DNA from: Pseudidiomarina andamanensis
GTDB taxonomy: Bacteria > Pseudomonadota > Gammaproteobacteria > Enterobacterales > Alteromonadaceae
NCBI RefSeq assembly: GCF_009734345.1
Contig: NZ_CP032551.1
Span: forward strand, 1,260,001 to 1,292,000
Length of the DNA: 32,000 bases
Direction: 5' to 3'
Shown here: piece after piece, positions 17,127 through 25,027 of the stretch
Layout: each line of letters begins with the position of its first letter
Numbering within the stretch: position 1 is the first letter of the stretch
Made by a program: the position numbers and the translations under genes
The notes under the pieces: generated by a model
The model's input: the letters and a program-made list of their open reading frames with translations, nothing else
Told to the model about the DNA's origin: nothing
Database searches by the model: none

Positions 17127-19370
17127 TTACATCGAGCTATATTTTTCGCGTAAACGCTGGCGCACAAGTTCGGCGAGCGTATTAAACACGAAAGTGAAAA
17201 CAAACAAGACAAATGCGGCCAAGAACAAGATACGGTAGTGCGAACTACCCACTTCTGATTCTGGCATCTCAACAGCGATATTCGCCGAGAGCGTGCGCAT
17301 TCCTTCGAAAATATTCCAGTCCATAATTGGCGTATTACCGGTAGCCATCAGCACGATCATGGTTTCACCCACGGCACGGCCCAAGCCCATCATCACGGCC
17401 GAGAAAATACCTGGGCTAGCGGTGAGTAACACGACCTTGGTCAAGGTTTGCCAGGTTGTCGCACCAAGCGCCAATGACCCATTCGACAAGTGTTTCGGCA
17501 CACTGAACACCGCATCTTCGGCAATCGAGAAAATAGTTGGAATAACGGCAAAGCCCATTGCGATACCAACAACTAACGAGTTGCGTTGGTCGAAGGTAAT
17601 GCCGAGTTCGTTGGTAATATATTGACGCACGTTGCCATCAAACAGTACGCGCTCAACCCATGGCGACATTTCAAATGAGAACCAGCCAACAAACGCTACC
17701 ACTGGCAACAGCACCAACGCTGCACGGCCATCGGTGAAGCGATTGCGCCAATCTTTCGGTAATACGCTGCTTAGTGCTGCAAACAGCACAATAGCAAGCG
17801 GCACAAGAACAATCGTCGCGACAATGCCGGGTAAATACTGCTCGATAATTGGCGCCAGCCAAAGTCCCGCCAAGAAACCTAAGATAACCGTCGGCAATGC
17901 TTCCATAATCTCAACGGTAGGCTTCACCACTTTACGTACACTTGGCGACATAAAGTAAGCTGTATACACCGCGGCTGCTAAGCCAATTGGCACCGCAAAC
18001 AACATGGCATACGCGGCTGCTTTAATTGTCCCGAATGAAATCGGAACTAAGCTAAATTTCGGTTCGAAATCATCTGAACCCGAAGTGGATTGCCACACAT
18101 ACTGTGGCTCAGGGTAACCCTCGTACCAGACTTCTTGCCAGATACCACTCCAAGTGACTTCAGGGTGCTCGTTTTCGAGTTTGAAGGTATGTAACTGCTC
18201 GCCGCTTTGCATCAACAACGTGTTCGCACGCGGGTCAATAACAACGCGCTCGGCATCTAAGTTGTCAATGTGCGAGAAATAGAGGTCGGCTTCCGACGTT
18301 GTGTGGAATACGCCAACTTCGCCAGTCTCAGAGATGCTATAAAAGGTGCGACGGTAGTATTCCGCCACAATGTCGGTAATAGCCGAATTACCTGCTTTGA
18401 ATTCGCGAATGTATTGGTATTGGCGACCATTTTCTCCCGCAACTTCAAACCACTGTGTGATCAAGCCGTTGCTATGCCCAAACATAATTGAGCTTGAGCC
18501 AGCCAATAATTGCATACTGGTGATTTCACCAAAACGGCGACGATCAATTGTCAGTAATTGGCGCTCGCTGACGTTGCCCGTTCTTGAAACATCGTAGACA
18601 TAAAAGCGATTACCTTGGCGTACAAAAACTTGGCGCAAGTCTGGCGTCACTTTAATGTTGTCGACAGAACCGTTGAGCGGTAGCTCAGAGAATTTAGACT
18701 TTAACTCGACGGTACCGGTCAGAAAGCTTTTGCTTGCCTGCAAATAGTTAACGATGATCTTTTGATCGGCCGTTACCGCGGCAAACAGTTGCGACTCACC
18801 GTCAAACTCATAAGCTAACTGCGTGAGCGTACGTTGCTCAGGGTCCACTTGAACAAGTTCGCCATCGTTGGCATAACCGATTGCTGGCGTGGTAAAGCGT
18901 TGGCCATTCTTAAATTGGCTACGGAATTTAGGCTCAATCACTCGAACCTGGCCGTTTGCCACAGCATAAGCATAACGTTTACTTTGCGGCTGAGTTGCGG
19001 CAAATGCGGTCGGTTGCTCTGCGACTTGTTCTGACAACAACACTTGTCCAGGTTGCCAGTCGGTGCCTGGCTTCTGCTTCAATGCGAAGAAGTTTAATTC
19101 ACCAGAATCACTGAATCGAAAGCCAATTTCCGATTGTTCTTCCATTCCCATTGCCGCGGTTTGGCCCTGGCCAGGTATAGAGAACGACTGCTGGTGTTCG
19201 ATTTCGACACCACGGAAGATCGGTTCAACCACATATAACAAGTAAAAGAAAATCAGTAGCAGTGCAATTAGAACTAAACCGCCGCCGAGAGTAACCCCCC
19301 AGCGTGCGGCTTTGTCTTTAATCAATCGCACATTACTGGCTCCCAACTCTGCACGTTGTGATGCCGCCAT
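17127..19370 (-). CDS. pstC: Phosphate ABC transporter permease PstC, long form (one TM helix plus a ~390-aa extra domain before the permease core)
   Basis: 747-aa ORF with its ATG at 19368-19370. TM1 is GVTLGGGLVLIALLLIFFYLLYVV. Residues ~55-440 are non-membrane. The C-terminal ~300 aa is a PstC core (EA..LGAT-type loop: NGSLALGATTWQT). Confidence 0.9.
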   Translation of the reverse strand: MAASQRAELGASNVRLIKDKAARWGVTLGGGLVLIALLLIFFYLLYVVEPIFRGVEIEHQQSFSIPGQGQTAAMGMEEQSEIGFRFSDSGELNFFALKQKPGTDWQPGQVLLSEQVAEQPTAFAATQPQSKRYAYAVANGQVRVIEPKFRSQFKNGQRFTTPAIGYANDGELVQVDPEQRTLTQLAYEFDGESQLFAAVTADQKIIVNYLQASKSFLTGTVELKSKFSELPLNGSVDNIKVTPDLRQVFVRQGNRFYVYDVSRTGNVSERQLLTIDRRRFGEITSMQLLAGSSSIMFGHSNGLITQWFEVAGENGRQYQYIREFKAGNSAITDIVAEYYRRTFYSISETGEVGVFHTTSEADLYFSHIDNLDAERVVIDPRANTLLMQSGEQLHTFKLENEHPEVTWSGIWQEVWYEGYPEPQYVWQSTSGSDDFEPKFSLVPISFGTIKAAAYAMLFAVPIGLAAAVYTAYFMSPSVRKVVKPTVEIMEALPTVILGFLAGLWLAPIIEQYLPGIVATIVLVPLAIVLFAALSSVLPKDWRNRFTDGRAALVLLPVVAFVGWFSFEMSPWVERVLFDGNVRQYITNELGITFDQRNSLVVGIAMGFAVIPTIFSIAEDAVFSVPKHLSNGSLALGATTWQTLTKVVLLTASPGIFSAVMMGLGRAVGETMIVLMATGNTPIMDWNIFEGMRTLSANIAVEMPESEVGSSHYRILFLAAFVLFVFTFVFNTLAELVRQRLREKYSSM

Positions 19371-19417
19371 TGCTGCCTCTTTAAGATTAAATGAATACCA
19401 TAAACTAATTGCAGCAT

Positions 19418-19451
19418 AGTATAGACGCGTTCTATGACAGTATTGTTACAG
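19418..19451 (-). promoter_or_regulatory. PhoB-dependent promoter of pstCAB-phoU (Pho box plus -10)
   Basis: The minus strand reads CTGTAAC-AATA-CTGTCAT (19451 down to 19434), then exactly 10 nt, then TATACT (19423 down to 19418). It lies ~45 nt upstream of the pstC ATG. Confidence 0.7.
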
Positions 19452-19453
19452 TG

Positions 19454-19482
19454 TTGTCATATTCCTGACATTTTTCTGTCAT
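19454..19482 (+). promoter_or_regulatory. Three further Pho-box half-sites in the opposite orientation, overlapping the asnA stop codon
   Basis: The plus strand reads TTGTCAT-ATTC-CTGACAT-TTTT-CTGTCAT in strict 11-bp register (19454, 19465, 19476). No convincing -10 lies downstream on the plus strand. Confidence 0.4.
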
Positions 19483-20459
19483 GCAACGCTTAAAAGTGAG
19501 GCTCTGCCTGGCTCTTCGCCGCATAAAATTTCCGGCGCCTGGGTGAATTTTATGTGCGCTAAATTCAGAACCCACATGGCAACCCGCGACTGACCAATAC
19601 CACCGCCGATGCACTCAGGCAATTCACTCTGCAGTAGTTGCTGATGCCATGCTTGCTGCAATATTGACTCGCATGAGCGCACTTGAACTTGATGTTCTAA
19701 CGCGCCTGCGTCTACCCGAACACCCATAGATGATAACTCAAGCGCATCGTTTATCGCACTATGCCAAACCAATAAATCGCCATTTAACCCGGCATATTCT
19801 GTTTCGGTTGCTGTGCTCCAATCATCATAGTCCGGCGCTCGACTATCGTGAACGGTTCCATCTGCCAGCTCGCCACCAATACCGATGATGAATATAGCTT
19901 TATGCAGCTTTGTGAATTCAGCTTCACGTTGCTTTGGTGTCAATTGCGGATACATTTGTCGCAATTGTTCGGAGTGAATAAACACAACTTCTTCGGCCAA
20001 ATGCGTTTGATACTCTGGGTTAAATTCCATGTAGAGCTGCCTTAACCCAGAGTAAATTTTAGCAACCGTTGCTTTTAGTGTTTCTAGTGTGCGGTCGCTA
20101 GGAAGAATCACTTGCTCCCAATCCCATTGTTCAACCAGAACGCTATGCCGCTCACTGAGTTGCTCTTCATCGGCTCGAATGGCTCGCATTTGTGCGACTA
20201 TGCCTTCGCCAACCGAGCATTCGTAATGTGCCAACGCACTGCGTTTCCATTTCGCTAATGAATGCACAATTTCATACTCTTGTTGCTGTGCACGAACGAA
20301 CACAGACACAGCTTTCTCATAGCCGCTTAAATTATCCTGTAGGCCTGAGTTTTTCCGCACCATCAGCGGGGCTTGAACTTCGGTTAGGTTGAGCTTTTCA
20401 CAGAGTAAGTCGGTGAAGCGTTGTTTGAGTTGGGCGGTTTGTTGTTGGTGCTTGAGCAT
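19479..20459 (-). CDS. asnA: Aspartate--ammonia ligase (asparagine synthetase A)
   Basis: 326-aa ORF. The strings EVQAPL, LQDNLSGYEKAV, VHSLAKWKR, VEQWDWE, RAPDYDDWST, GLNGDLLVW, LSSMGVRVD and IGGGIGQSR are collinear with E. coli AsnA. It is divergent from asnC. Confidence 0.94.
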   Translation of the reverse strand: MLKHQQQTAQLKQRFTDLLCEKLNLTEVQAPLMVRKNSGLQDNLSGYEKAVSVFVRAQQQEYEIVHSLAKWKRSALAHYECSVGEGIVAQMRAIRADEEQLSERHSVLVEQWDWEQVILPSDRTLETLKATVAKIYSGLRQLYMEFNPEYQTHLAEEVVFIHSEQLRQMYPQLTPKQREAEFTKLHKAIFIIGIGGELADGTVHDSRAPDYDDWSTATETEYAGLNGDLLVWHSAINDALELSSMGVRVDAGALEHQVQVRSCESILQQAWHQQLLQSELPECIGGGIGQSRVAMWVLNLAHIKFTQAPEILCGEEPGRASLLSVA

Positions 20460-20468
20460 AGGGCCTCT

Positions 20469-20529
20469 TTAAACGAAGAACGTTGTTCGTTATTCGTTGT
20501 TCGTTAGTCGTTGTTCGGTGGTCGTGCGC
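20469..20529. repeat. Heptamer array of the same family as 9547-9635, immediately upstream of the asnA start codon
   Basis: Tandem units CGTTGTT, CGTTATT, CGTTGTT, CGTTAGT, CGTTGTT, CGGTGGT, CGTGCGC span 20481-20529. An inverted partial copy (AAACGAAGAACG, 20471-20482) precedes them. Together these give the near-palindrome CGAAGAAC|GTTGTTCG. Confidence 0.75.
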
Positions 20530-20702
20530 TTCGCTGTTTGTGTGCTGCGCTGTTCGTTAAAGACAAGATAAAATAAAACACAAAAGACAATAACCTCAAT
20601 ACCGTCTATTTAATTTAGCTTTTGGAGATGAAATTAATCTTTTAATTGGCTTTTATATTAGATATTGTTTAATTCTAGTGGTGAAAAATGGGTGGGAATT
20701 AG

Positions 20703-21149
20703 ATGATCGATGATTTGGATAGAGCGATAATTTCGACGTTGCAGGAAAATGCGCGGGTTTCTTATGCTGAAATCGCAAAAGTTGAAGGGGTGAGTCCGGC
20801 GACAATTCATGTTCGCATTGAGAAACTTCGGCAGGCTGGGATTATTACGGGAACGCACATTCATGTCGACCCGCGTAAACTTGGGTATGACGTTTGCTGC
20901 TTTATTGGTATCAATTTAGCGCGTGCGGGTGATTATCCTAGCGCTCTAGCCAAATTGAAAGTTTTGCCTGAAGTTGTTGAAGCCCACTACACCACTGGAC
21001 AATATAGTATTTTTATTAAAGTAATGGTGCACTCAATAGATGATCTTCAACGTTTGTTAATTGAAGAAATTCAACCAATTGAGGAAATTCAGGCTACTGA
21101 AACGTTGATTTCGTTACAGCAGCCCATCATGCGACAAATTCAAGTTTAA
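20703..21149 (+). CDS. asnC: Lrp/AsnC-family transcriptional regulator AsnC
   Basis: 148-aa ORF. The strings IDDLDRAII, YAEIAK..GVSPATIHVRIEKLRQAGIITG, LGYDVCCFIGI, DYPSALAKL and YTTGQYSIFIKVM are nearly collinear with E. coli AsnC. Confidence 0.94.
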   Translation: MIDDLDRAIISTLQENARVSYAEIAKVEGVSPATIHVRIEKLRQAGIITGTHIHVDPRKLGYDVCCFIGINLARAGDYPSALAKLKVLPEVVEAHYTTGQYSIFIKVMVHSIDDLQRLLIEEIQPIEEIQATETLISLQQPIMRQIQV

Positions 21150-21165
21150 TTGCTGAGTATGACTT

Positions 21166-21576
21166 CTAAGAAACGGATATGTTTAAATGCTTACCCATAG
21201 CTTCTAGCGCTTTGTTAAGCGTATCGATTTTTGTATTGTGACCCAAGTTAATAATGCGCTGCATTTCCTGCTTGCGGCTACCTATGCGCTTTGCCAACTC
21301 AGCTTGAGTAACGCGTTCAGTCAACATGGTATTTAACAAAAGAACTTTTGCCCAAACACTTGCGGGGACAGTGACATAAGCTCGATCTTCCAAGGGCGAC
21401 GGCATCGGAACAGGACGCTGATCTTCAAAATAAAACTCAAACGCTGTTAATAGTGCATCTTGTGCTTCTTGCAGTGCTTCCTCATAGGTATCGCCACAGG
21501 TTAATGCCTCTGGAATATCTACAAATCGGGCCATAAAAGTCTGGCCATCTTTCTCAATAGATACGGGATATTTCAT
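21166..21576 (-). CDS. hicB: HicB-family antitoxin (N-terminal HicB fold plus C-terminal XRE-type HTH)
   Basis: 136-aa ORF. The N-terminus MKYPVSIEKDGQTFMARFVDIPEALTCGDTYEEALQEAQDALLTAFEFYFED parallels E. coli HicB. The HTH segment is TQAELAKRIGSRKQEMQRIINL. Confidence 0.9.
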   Translation of the reverse strand: MKYPVSIEKDGQTFMARFVDIPEALTCGDTYEEALQEAQDALLTAFEFYFEDQRPVPMPSPLEDRAYVTVPASVWAKVLLLNTMLTERVTQAELAKRIGSRKQEMQRIINLGHNTKIDTLNKALEAMGKHLNISVS

Positions 21577-21611
21577 TTTAAGACTCCAAAGTTATTCCCA
21601 AATGTCGGTCA

Positions 21612-21785
21612 TTACAGCCCAAGTTGCTTGATTATGGCTTTACGTAAATTCTCACCAATTTCCTTACTTGGGTGCCTGGGCATGACACTTTGCCTACCTT
21701 GGTAATAAAGCTTTAGATGATTCGTTCCTTGCCTCACTTCGACGCCGTGTTTCTCTAACCAGCGCCGAAATTCACTTTGTTTCAT
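21612..21785 (-). CDS. hicA: HicA-family mRNA interferase toxin
   Basis: ORF 21612..21821 trimmed to the ATG at 21785, which has an AGGAGG SD. The 57-aa product MKQSEFRRWLEKHGVEVRQGTNHLKLYYQGRQSVMPRHPSKEIGENLRKAIIKQLGL is nearly collinear with E. coli HicA. Confidence 0.9.
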   Translation of the reverse strand: MKQSEFRRWLEKHGVEVRQGTNHLKLYYQGRQSVMPRHPSKEIGENLRKAIIKQLGL

Positions 21786-21810
21786 GTGGCCTCCTTGCCT
21801 AGAAACAACA

Positions 21811-21834
21811 AAGGTAAACAAAAATGTTTACCTT
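21811..21834. promoter_or_regulatory. Perfect 10-bp inverted repeat in the hicA promoter region (candidate HicB operator)
   Basis: AAGGTAAACA-aaaa-TGTTTACCTT lies 26-49 nt upstream of the hicA ATG. On the minus strand a TTGACA hexamer sits immediately 5' of it. Confidence 0.45.
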
Positions 21835-21849
21835 GTCAATTTTTAATAC

Positions 21850-21886
21850 AAAAAAACCCTCAAACCAAAAGGTTAGAGGGCTTTTT
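21850..21886. terminator. Intrinsic terminator downstream of pstS (bidirectional shape)
   Basis: CCCTCAAACC-aaaa-GGTTAGAGGG (21857-21880, one mismatch). It is flanked by A7 on the left (a U-run for minus-strand pstS) and CTTTTT on the right. Confidence 0.7.
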
Positions 21887-21906
21887 AGGGTTTCAGAATG
21901 ATCGGT

Positions 21907-22878
21907 TTAGTTTAAGCCTAAACGCTCAAGCTCTTGCTCAACAACAATTTTCGGTACTGGAATGTAGCCGTCTTTGTCGACAATTTGCTGACCAGTTTTA
22001 GACAGAACCATTTTCAAGAATTCTGCAGTTGCTGGGTCAAGTGGCTTGTTCGGGTGCTTGTTCACGTAAACGTACAAGAAGCGAGACAGTGGGTACTTAC
22101 CAGCTAATGCGTTCTCAGTGCTTGCTTCGATGAACTCTGAACCTTCTTCAACTGCTAATGGCACAGTTTTCACGCCAGAAGTCATGTAGCCGATACCTGA
22201 GTAACCAATGGCGTTCAATGAGGTTGAAACTGACTGAACCACTGACGCTGAACCTGGCTGCTCGTTCACGTTGTTACGGAAGTCGCCGTCACACAATGCT
22301 ACTTCTTTAAAGTAACCGTAGGTACCTGATACCGAGTTACGACCGTAGATTTGCAAGTCGCGGTTTTCCCAACTGCCAGTCAAACCTAAGTCGCCCCAAC
22401 GACGAACTTCTTCAGTAGCGCCACACAGACGAGTGCTTGAGAAGATGGCGTCAACTTCAGCAATAGTTAAACCTTCAATTGGGTTATCTTTATGTGCGAA
22501 TACTGCTAAAGCATCAATCGCAACGCGAACTGGGGTTGGTTTGTAACCGTGACGCTTTTCGAAAGCTTCAATTTCTTTCGCTTTCATGGCACGGCTCATA
22601 GGGCCAAAGTTCGAAGTACCTTCAGTCAATGCTGGTGGCGCAGTTGAAGAGCCAGCTGCTTGAATTTGCATGTTGACGTTTGGATATAAACGCTTAAATT
22701 CTTCAGACCAGAACGTCATCATGTTTGCCAGAGTATCTGAACCAACTGATGACAAGTTGCCTGAAAGACCACTTACTTTTTCATATTCAGGTAAGTCGTC
22801 GGTTGCTTTTTGTGCGCTTGCAGAGAAACTTAATAAACCTGCAACTGCAGCGGTAATTAATGCCGATTTGAATTTCAT
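21907..22878 (-). CDS. pstS: Periplasmic phosphate-binding protein (PstS family)
   Basis: ORF 21907..22977 trimmed to the ATG at 22878 ([22 protein letters not shown]|QKA, a signal peptide; GGAG SD). This gives 323 aa. The strings [21 protein letters not shown] and SGTYGYF are typical of PBP-like-2 phosphate binders. Confidence 0.9.
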   Translation of the reverse strand: MKFKSALITAAVAGLLSFSASAQKATDDLPEYEKVSGLSGNLSSVGSDTLANMMTFWSEEFKRLYPNVNMQIQAAGSSTAPPALTEGTSNFGPMSRAMKAKEIEAFEKRHGYKPTPVRVAIDALAVFAHKDNPIEGLTIAEVDAIFSSTRLCGATEEVRRWGDLGLTGSWENRDLQIYGRNSVSGTYGYFKEVALCDGDFRNNVNEQPGSASVVQSVSTSLNAIGYSGIGYMTSGVKTVPLAVEEGSEFIEASTENALAGKYPLSRFLYVYVNKHPNKPLDPATAEFLKMVLSKTGQQIVDKDGYIPVPKIVVEQELERLGLN

Positions 22879-22943
22879 AATTGACTCCAATCGTGATGTT
22901 TTGCCGGTTAAAAACCGGCGGTTGTAATCAGTAACTGGAATCA

Positions 22944-22977
22944 AGTTTAGTAGGTCAATGTGACAGTATTGTGACAT
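22944..22977 (-). promoter_or_regulatory. PhoB-dependent promoter of pstS (Pho box plus -10)
   Basis: The minus strand reads ATGTCAC-AATA-CTGTCAC (22977 down to 22960), then exactly 10 nt, then TAAACT (22949 down to 22944). An extra TTGTCAT half-site lies just upstream, abutting the phoR stop codon. Confidence 0.7.
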
Positions 22978-22991
22978 TTATGACAAAAGTG

Positions 22992-24290
22992 TCATTTTTT
23001 TATCACGAGCTCTTCAGAAATACGAAAATAGAATTTTGAACCGCGGCCAACAACTGAGTCAATCAGCAGACGACTATGATGATGTTCCAACGCTTGTTGA
23101 ACAATGGCTAAGCCGAGGCCCGAACCGCCCTTCTTACTATTACGATCTTTATCAACGCGATAAAAACGCTCAGTCAAACGGCCAACGTGCTCAGCTGGAA
23201 TGCCAGGACCATTATCTTCGACTGAAAATTCGGCGTCTTGACCAACCATTTTCCACGTGACTTTTATTGTTCCGTGTGGCTGCGTGTAATGAATAGCATT
23301 GGTTATCAGGTTCGAAAATACGCTACGTAGTTCATCTTCAATGCCATGGATATGAATATCGGCGATATCAAACGTTAAGGTATGTTGCTTTTCTTGATTG
23401 AGACGCTCAGCATCATTTTGAATAACATCTAATATGTTTGGGACATTGACCGTGCGATCGAACATGTCAGTTCGGTGTACATCCATGCGTGATAATGACA
23501 ACAGTTGATCAACTAAGTTACGCATGCGTTCGCTTTGTGCCTGCATATCGGTCACTGCTTTGGTTAACATTGCTGGCGGCATTGAAGCTGGCTCATCCAA
23601 CATTTCTAAATAACCTTGCAGCACGGTTAACGGTGTTTTGAGTTCGTGCGATACATTAGCGACGAAATCTTTGCGCATTTGCTCGAGTTGTTTCAATTGC
23701 GTGACATCGCGCGCCATTAATAAGTACTGATCTTCGCTATAAGGCATGATGCGAATTTCGAGCTCAACGTCTTCGCGCACTGGCGATGCCAAGTGAATAT
23801 CTTCACTGAAATCGCCCTTTTGCAGATACGCAATAAACTCTGGATGGCGAATGAGGTTAGAAAGGCGAATGCCAGTATCTGCCGGCCATTTTAAACCGAA
23901 GTAAAACTGCCCCAATTTATTACACCAAATTAAACCGCCATCTTTACGAAACACAATCGCGGCATCTGGAATGGCCTCTGACGCTTCACGAAAGCGACGG
24001 AGCAATCGTGCCAATGCGCGACGACGCTGTTGACTACGACGTTGCGTACGATAAATACCGTCGTAGATATAGCTCCAACTTCCCGGAGCACTTGGTGGCA
24101 GCATGGTGCGGCGATGCCATAACCAATCGACAAGTTTGTATTGGTAGTAATAGTGCCAAACCACCAGCGTGATTAGCGACAGCGCTAATGTTGCCCAAAA
24201 GTAACCAAGCAACCAACCGAAAAAGCCTACTGGGACAATAAACCACAGTAGGCCTTTCAAAATAAATATGACGGAGTAACGACGATCCAT
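22992..24290 (-). CDS. phoR: Phosphate regulon sensor histidine kinase PhoR
   Basis: 432-aa ORF with two N-terminal TM helices, a PAS-like region, the H-box FVANVSHELKTPLTVLQGYLEM and the ATPase motifs VEDNGPGI and GGSGLGLAIV. It is collinear with E. coli PhoR. Confidence 0.95.
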   Translation of the reverse strand: MDRRYSVIFILKGLLWFIVPVGFFGWLLGYFWATLALSLITLVVWHYYYQYKLVDWLWHRRTMLPPSAPGSWSYIYDGIYRTQRRSQQRRRALARLLRRFREASEAIPDAAIVFRKDGGLIWCNKLGQFYFGLKWPADTGIRLSNLIRHPEFIAYLQKGDFSEDIHLASPVREDVELEIRIMPYSEDQYLLMARDVTQLKQLEQMRKDFVANVSHELKTPLTVLQGYLEMLDEPASMPPAMLTKAVTDMQAQSERMRNLVDQLLSLSRMDVHRTDMFDRTVNVPNILDVIQNDAERLNQEKQHTLTFDIADIHIHGIEDELRSVFSNLITNAIHYTQPHGTIKVTWKMVGQDAEFSVEDNGPGIPAEHVGRLTERFYRVDKDRNSKKGGSGLGLAIVQQALEHHHSRLLIDSVVGRGSKFYFRISEELVIKK

Positions 24291-24308
24291 GCTTAGCAGT
24301 GGCTCCGT

Positions 24309-24995
24309 TTAACTTTTTGAGAAACGATAGCCAACACCGCGGACGGTTTGTACCAAACGATCATGCCCATGCGTTTCCAGCGCCTTGCGCAGGCGACGAA
24401 TGTGAACATCGACAGTACGGTCTTCCACATACACGTTGGTTCCCCAAACATGATCTAATAACTGTTCACGACTATACACCCGATCAGGGTGGGTCATAAA
24501 GAAGTGCAGTAATTTAAATTCGGTTGGTCCCATATCGAGACGGTCATTAAACGCGGTCACGCGATGTGAAACCGGATCAAGACGCAAGCCTTCTACTTCT
24601 AAAGGCTCATCAAGTGCAGTTGGTGCAACTCGACGGAATACCGCGCGCATACGAGCCATCAATTCTTTTGGCGAAAACGGCTTAGTCATGTAATCGTCAG
24701 CACCAACTTCAAGGCCGCGAATTTTATCTTCTTCTTCGCCACGCGCCGTTAACATGATGATTGGAATAGCGCGGGTAAAGTCATCGCCTTTTAATTTTTT
24801 CGCTAACTGAATACCTGAACCACCAGGAATCATCCAATCCAATAGAATCATATCGGGAAATGGCTCAATAACTTTCTCTAGCGCTGACTGGTAATCGCCT
24901 GCTTCGATGGCTTGATAGCCGTGCTGCTCCATGACGAAGCTCAGCATTTCGCGAATAGGAGCTTCGTCTTCAACAATCAGTATCTTTCTGGACAT
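24309..24995 (-). CDS. phoB: Phosphate regulon response regulator PhoB
   Basis: ORF 24309..25004 begins at a GTG. The ATG at 24995 gives [18 protein letters not shown]... (228 aa). A receiver domain is followed by an OmpR-type winged helix ([14 protein letters not shown]). Confidence 0.95.
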   Translation of the reverse strand: MSRKILIVEDEAPIREMLSFVMEQHGYQAIEAGDYQSALEKVIEPFPDMILLDWMIPGGSGIQLAKKLKGDDFTRAIPIIMLTARGEEEDKIRGLEVGADDYMTKPFSPKELMARMRAVFRRVAPTALDEPLEVEGLRLDPVSHRVTAFNDRLDMGPTEFKLLHFFMTHPDRVYSREQLLDHVWGTNVYVEDRTVDVHIRRLRKALETHGHDRLVQTVRGVGYRFSKS

Positions 24996-25027
24996 GTGCG
25001 TCACCTAATTTGTTTTTTGCACGGCCG

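Noticed and set aside
17293-17958. Two ~110-aa plus-strand ORFs inside pstC
   Set aside because: They are antisense shadows of a strongly supported permease gene. They lack SD sequences and any recognisable domain strings.
21150-21906. Mobile-element boundaries around hicAB
   Set aside because: I found no terminal inverted repeats, target-site duplications, att-like tRNA fragments or recombinase genes. It is treated only as a possible old acquisition.
22879-22977. N-terminal extension of pstS in the ORF track (356 aa)
   Set aside because: The extension runs through the pstS Pho box and -10. The ATG at 22878 gives a proper signal peptide and has a GGAG SD.
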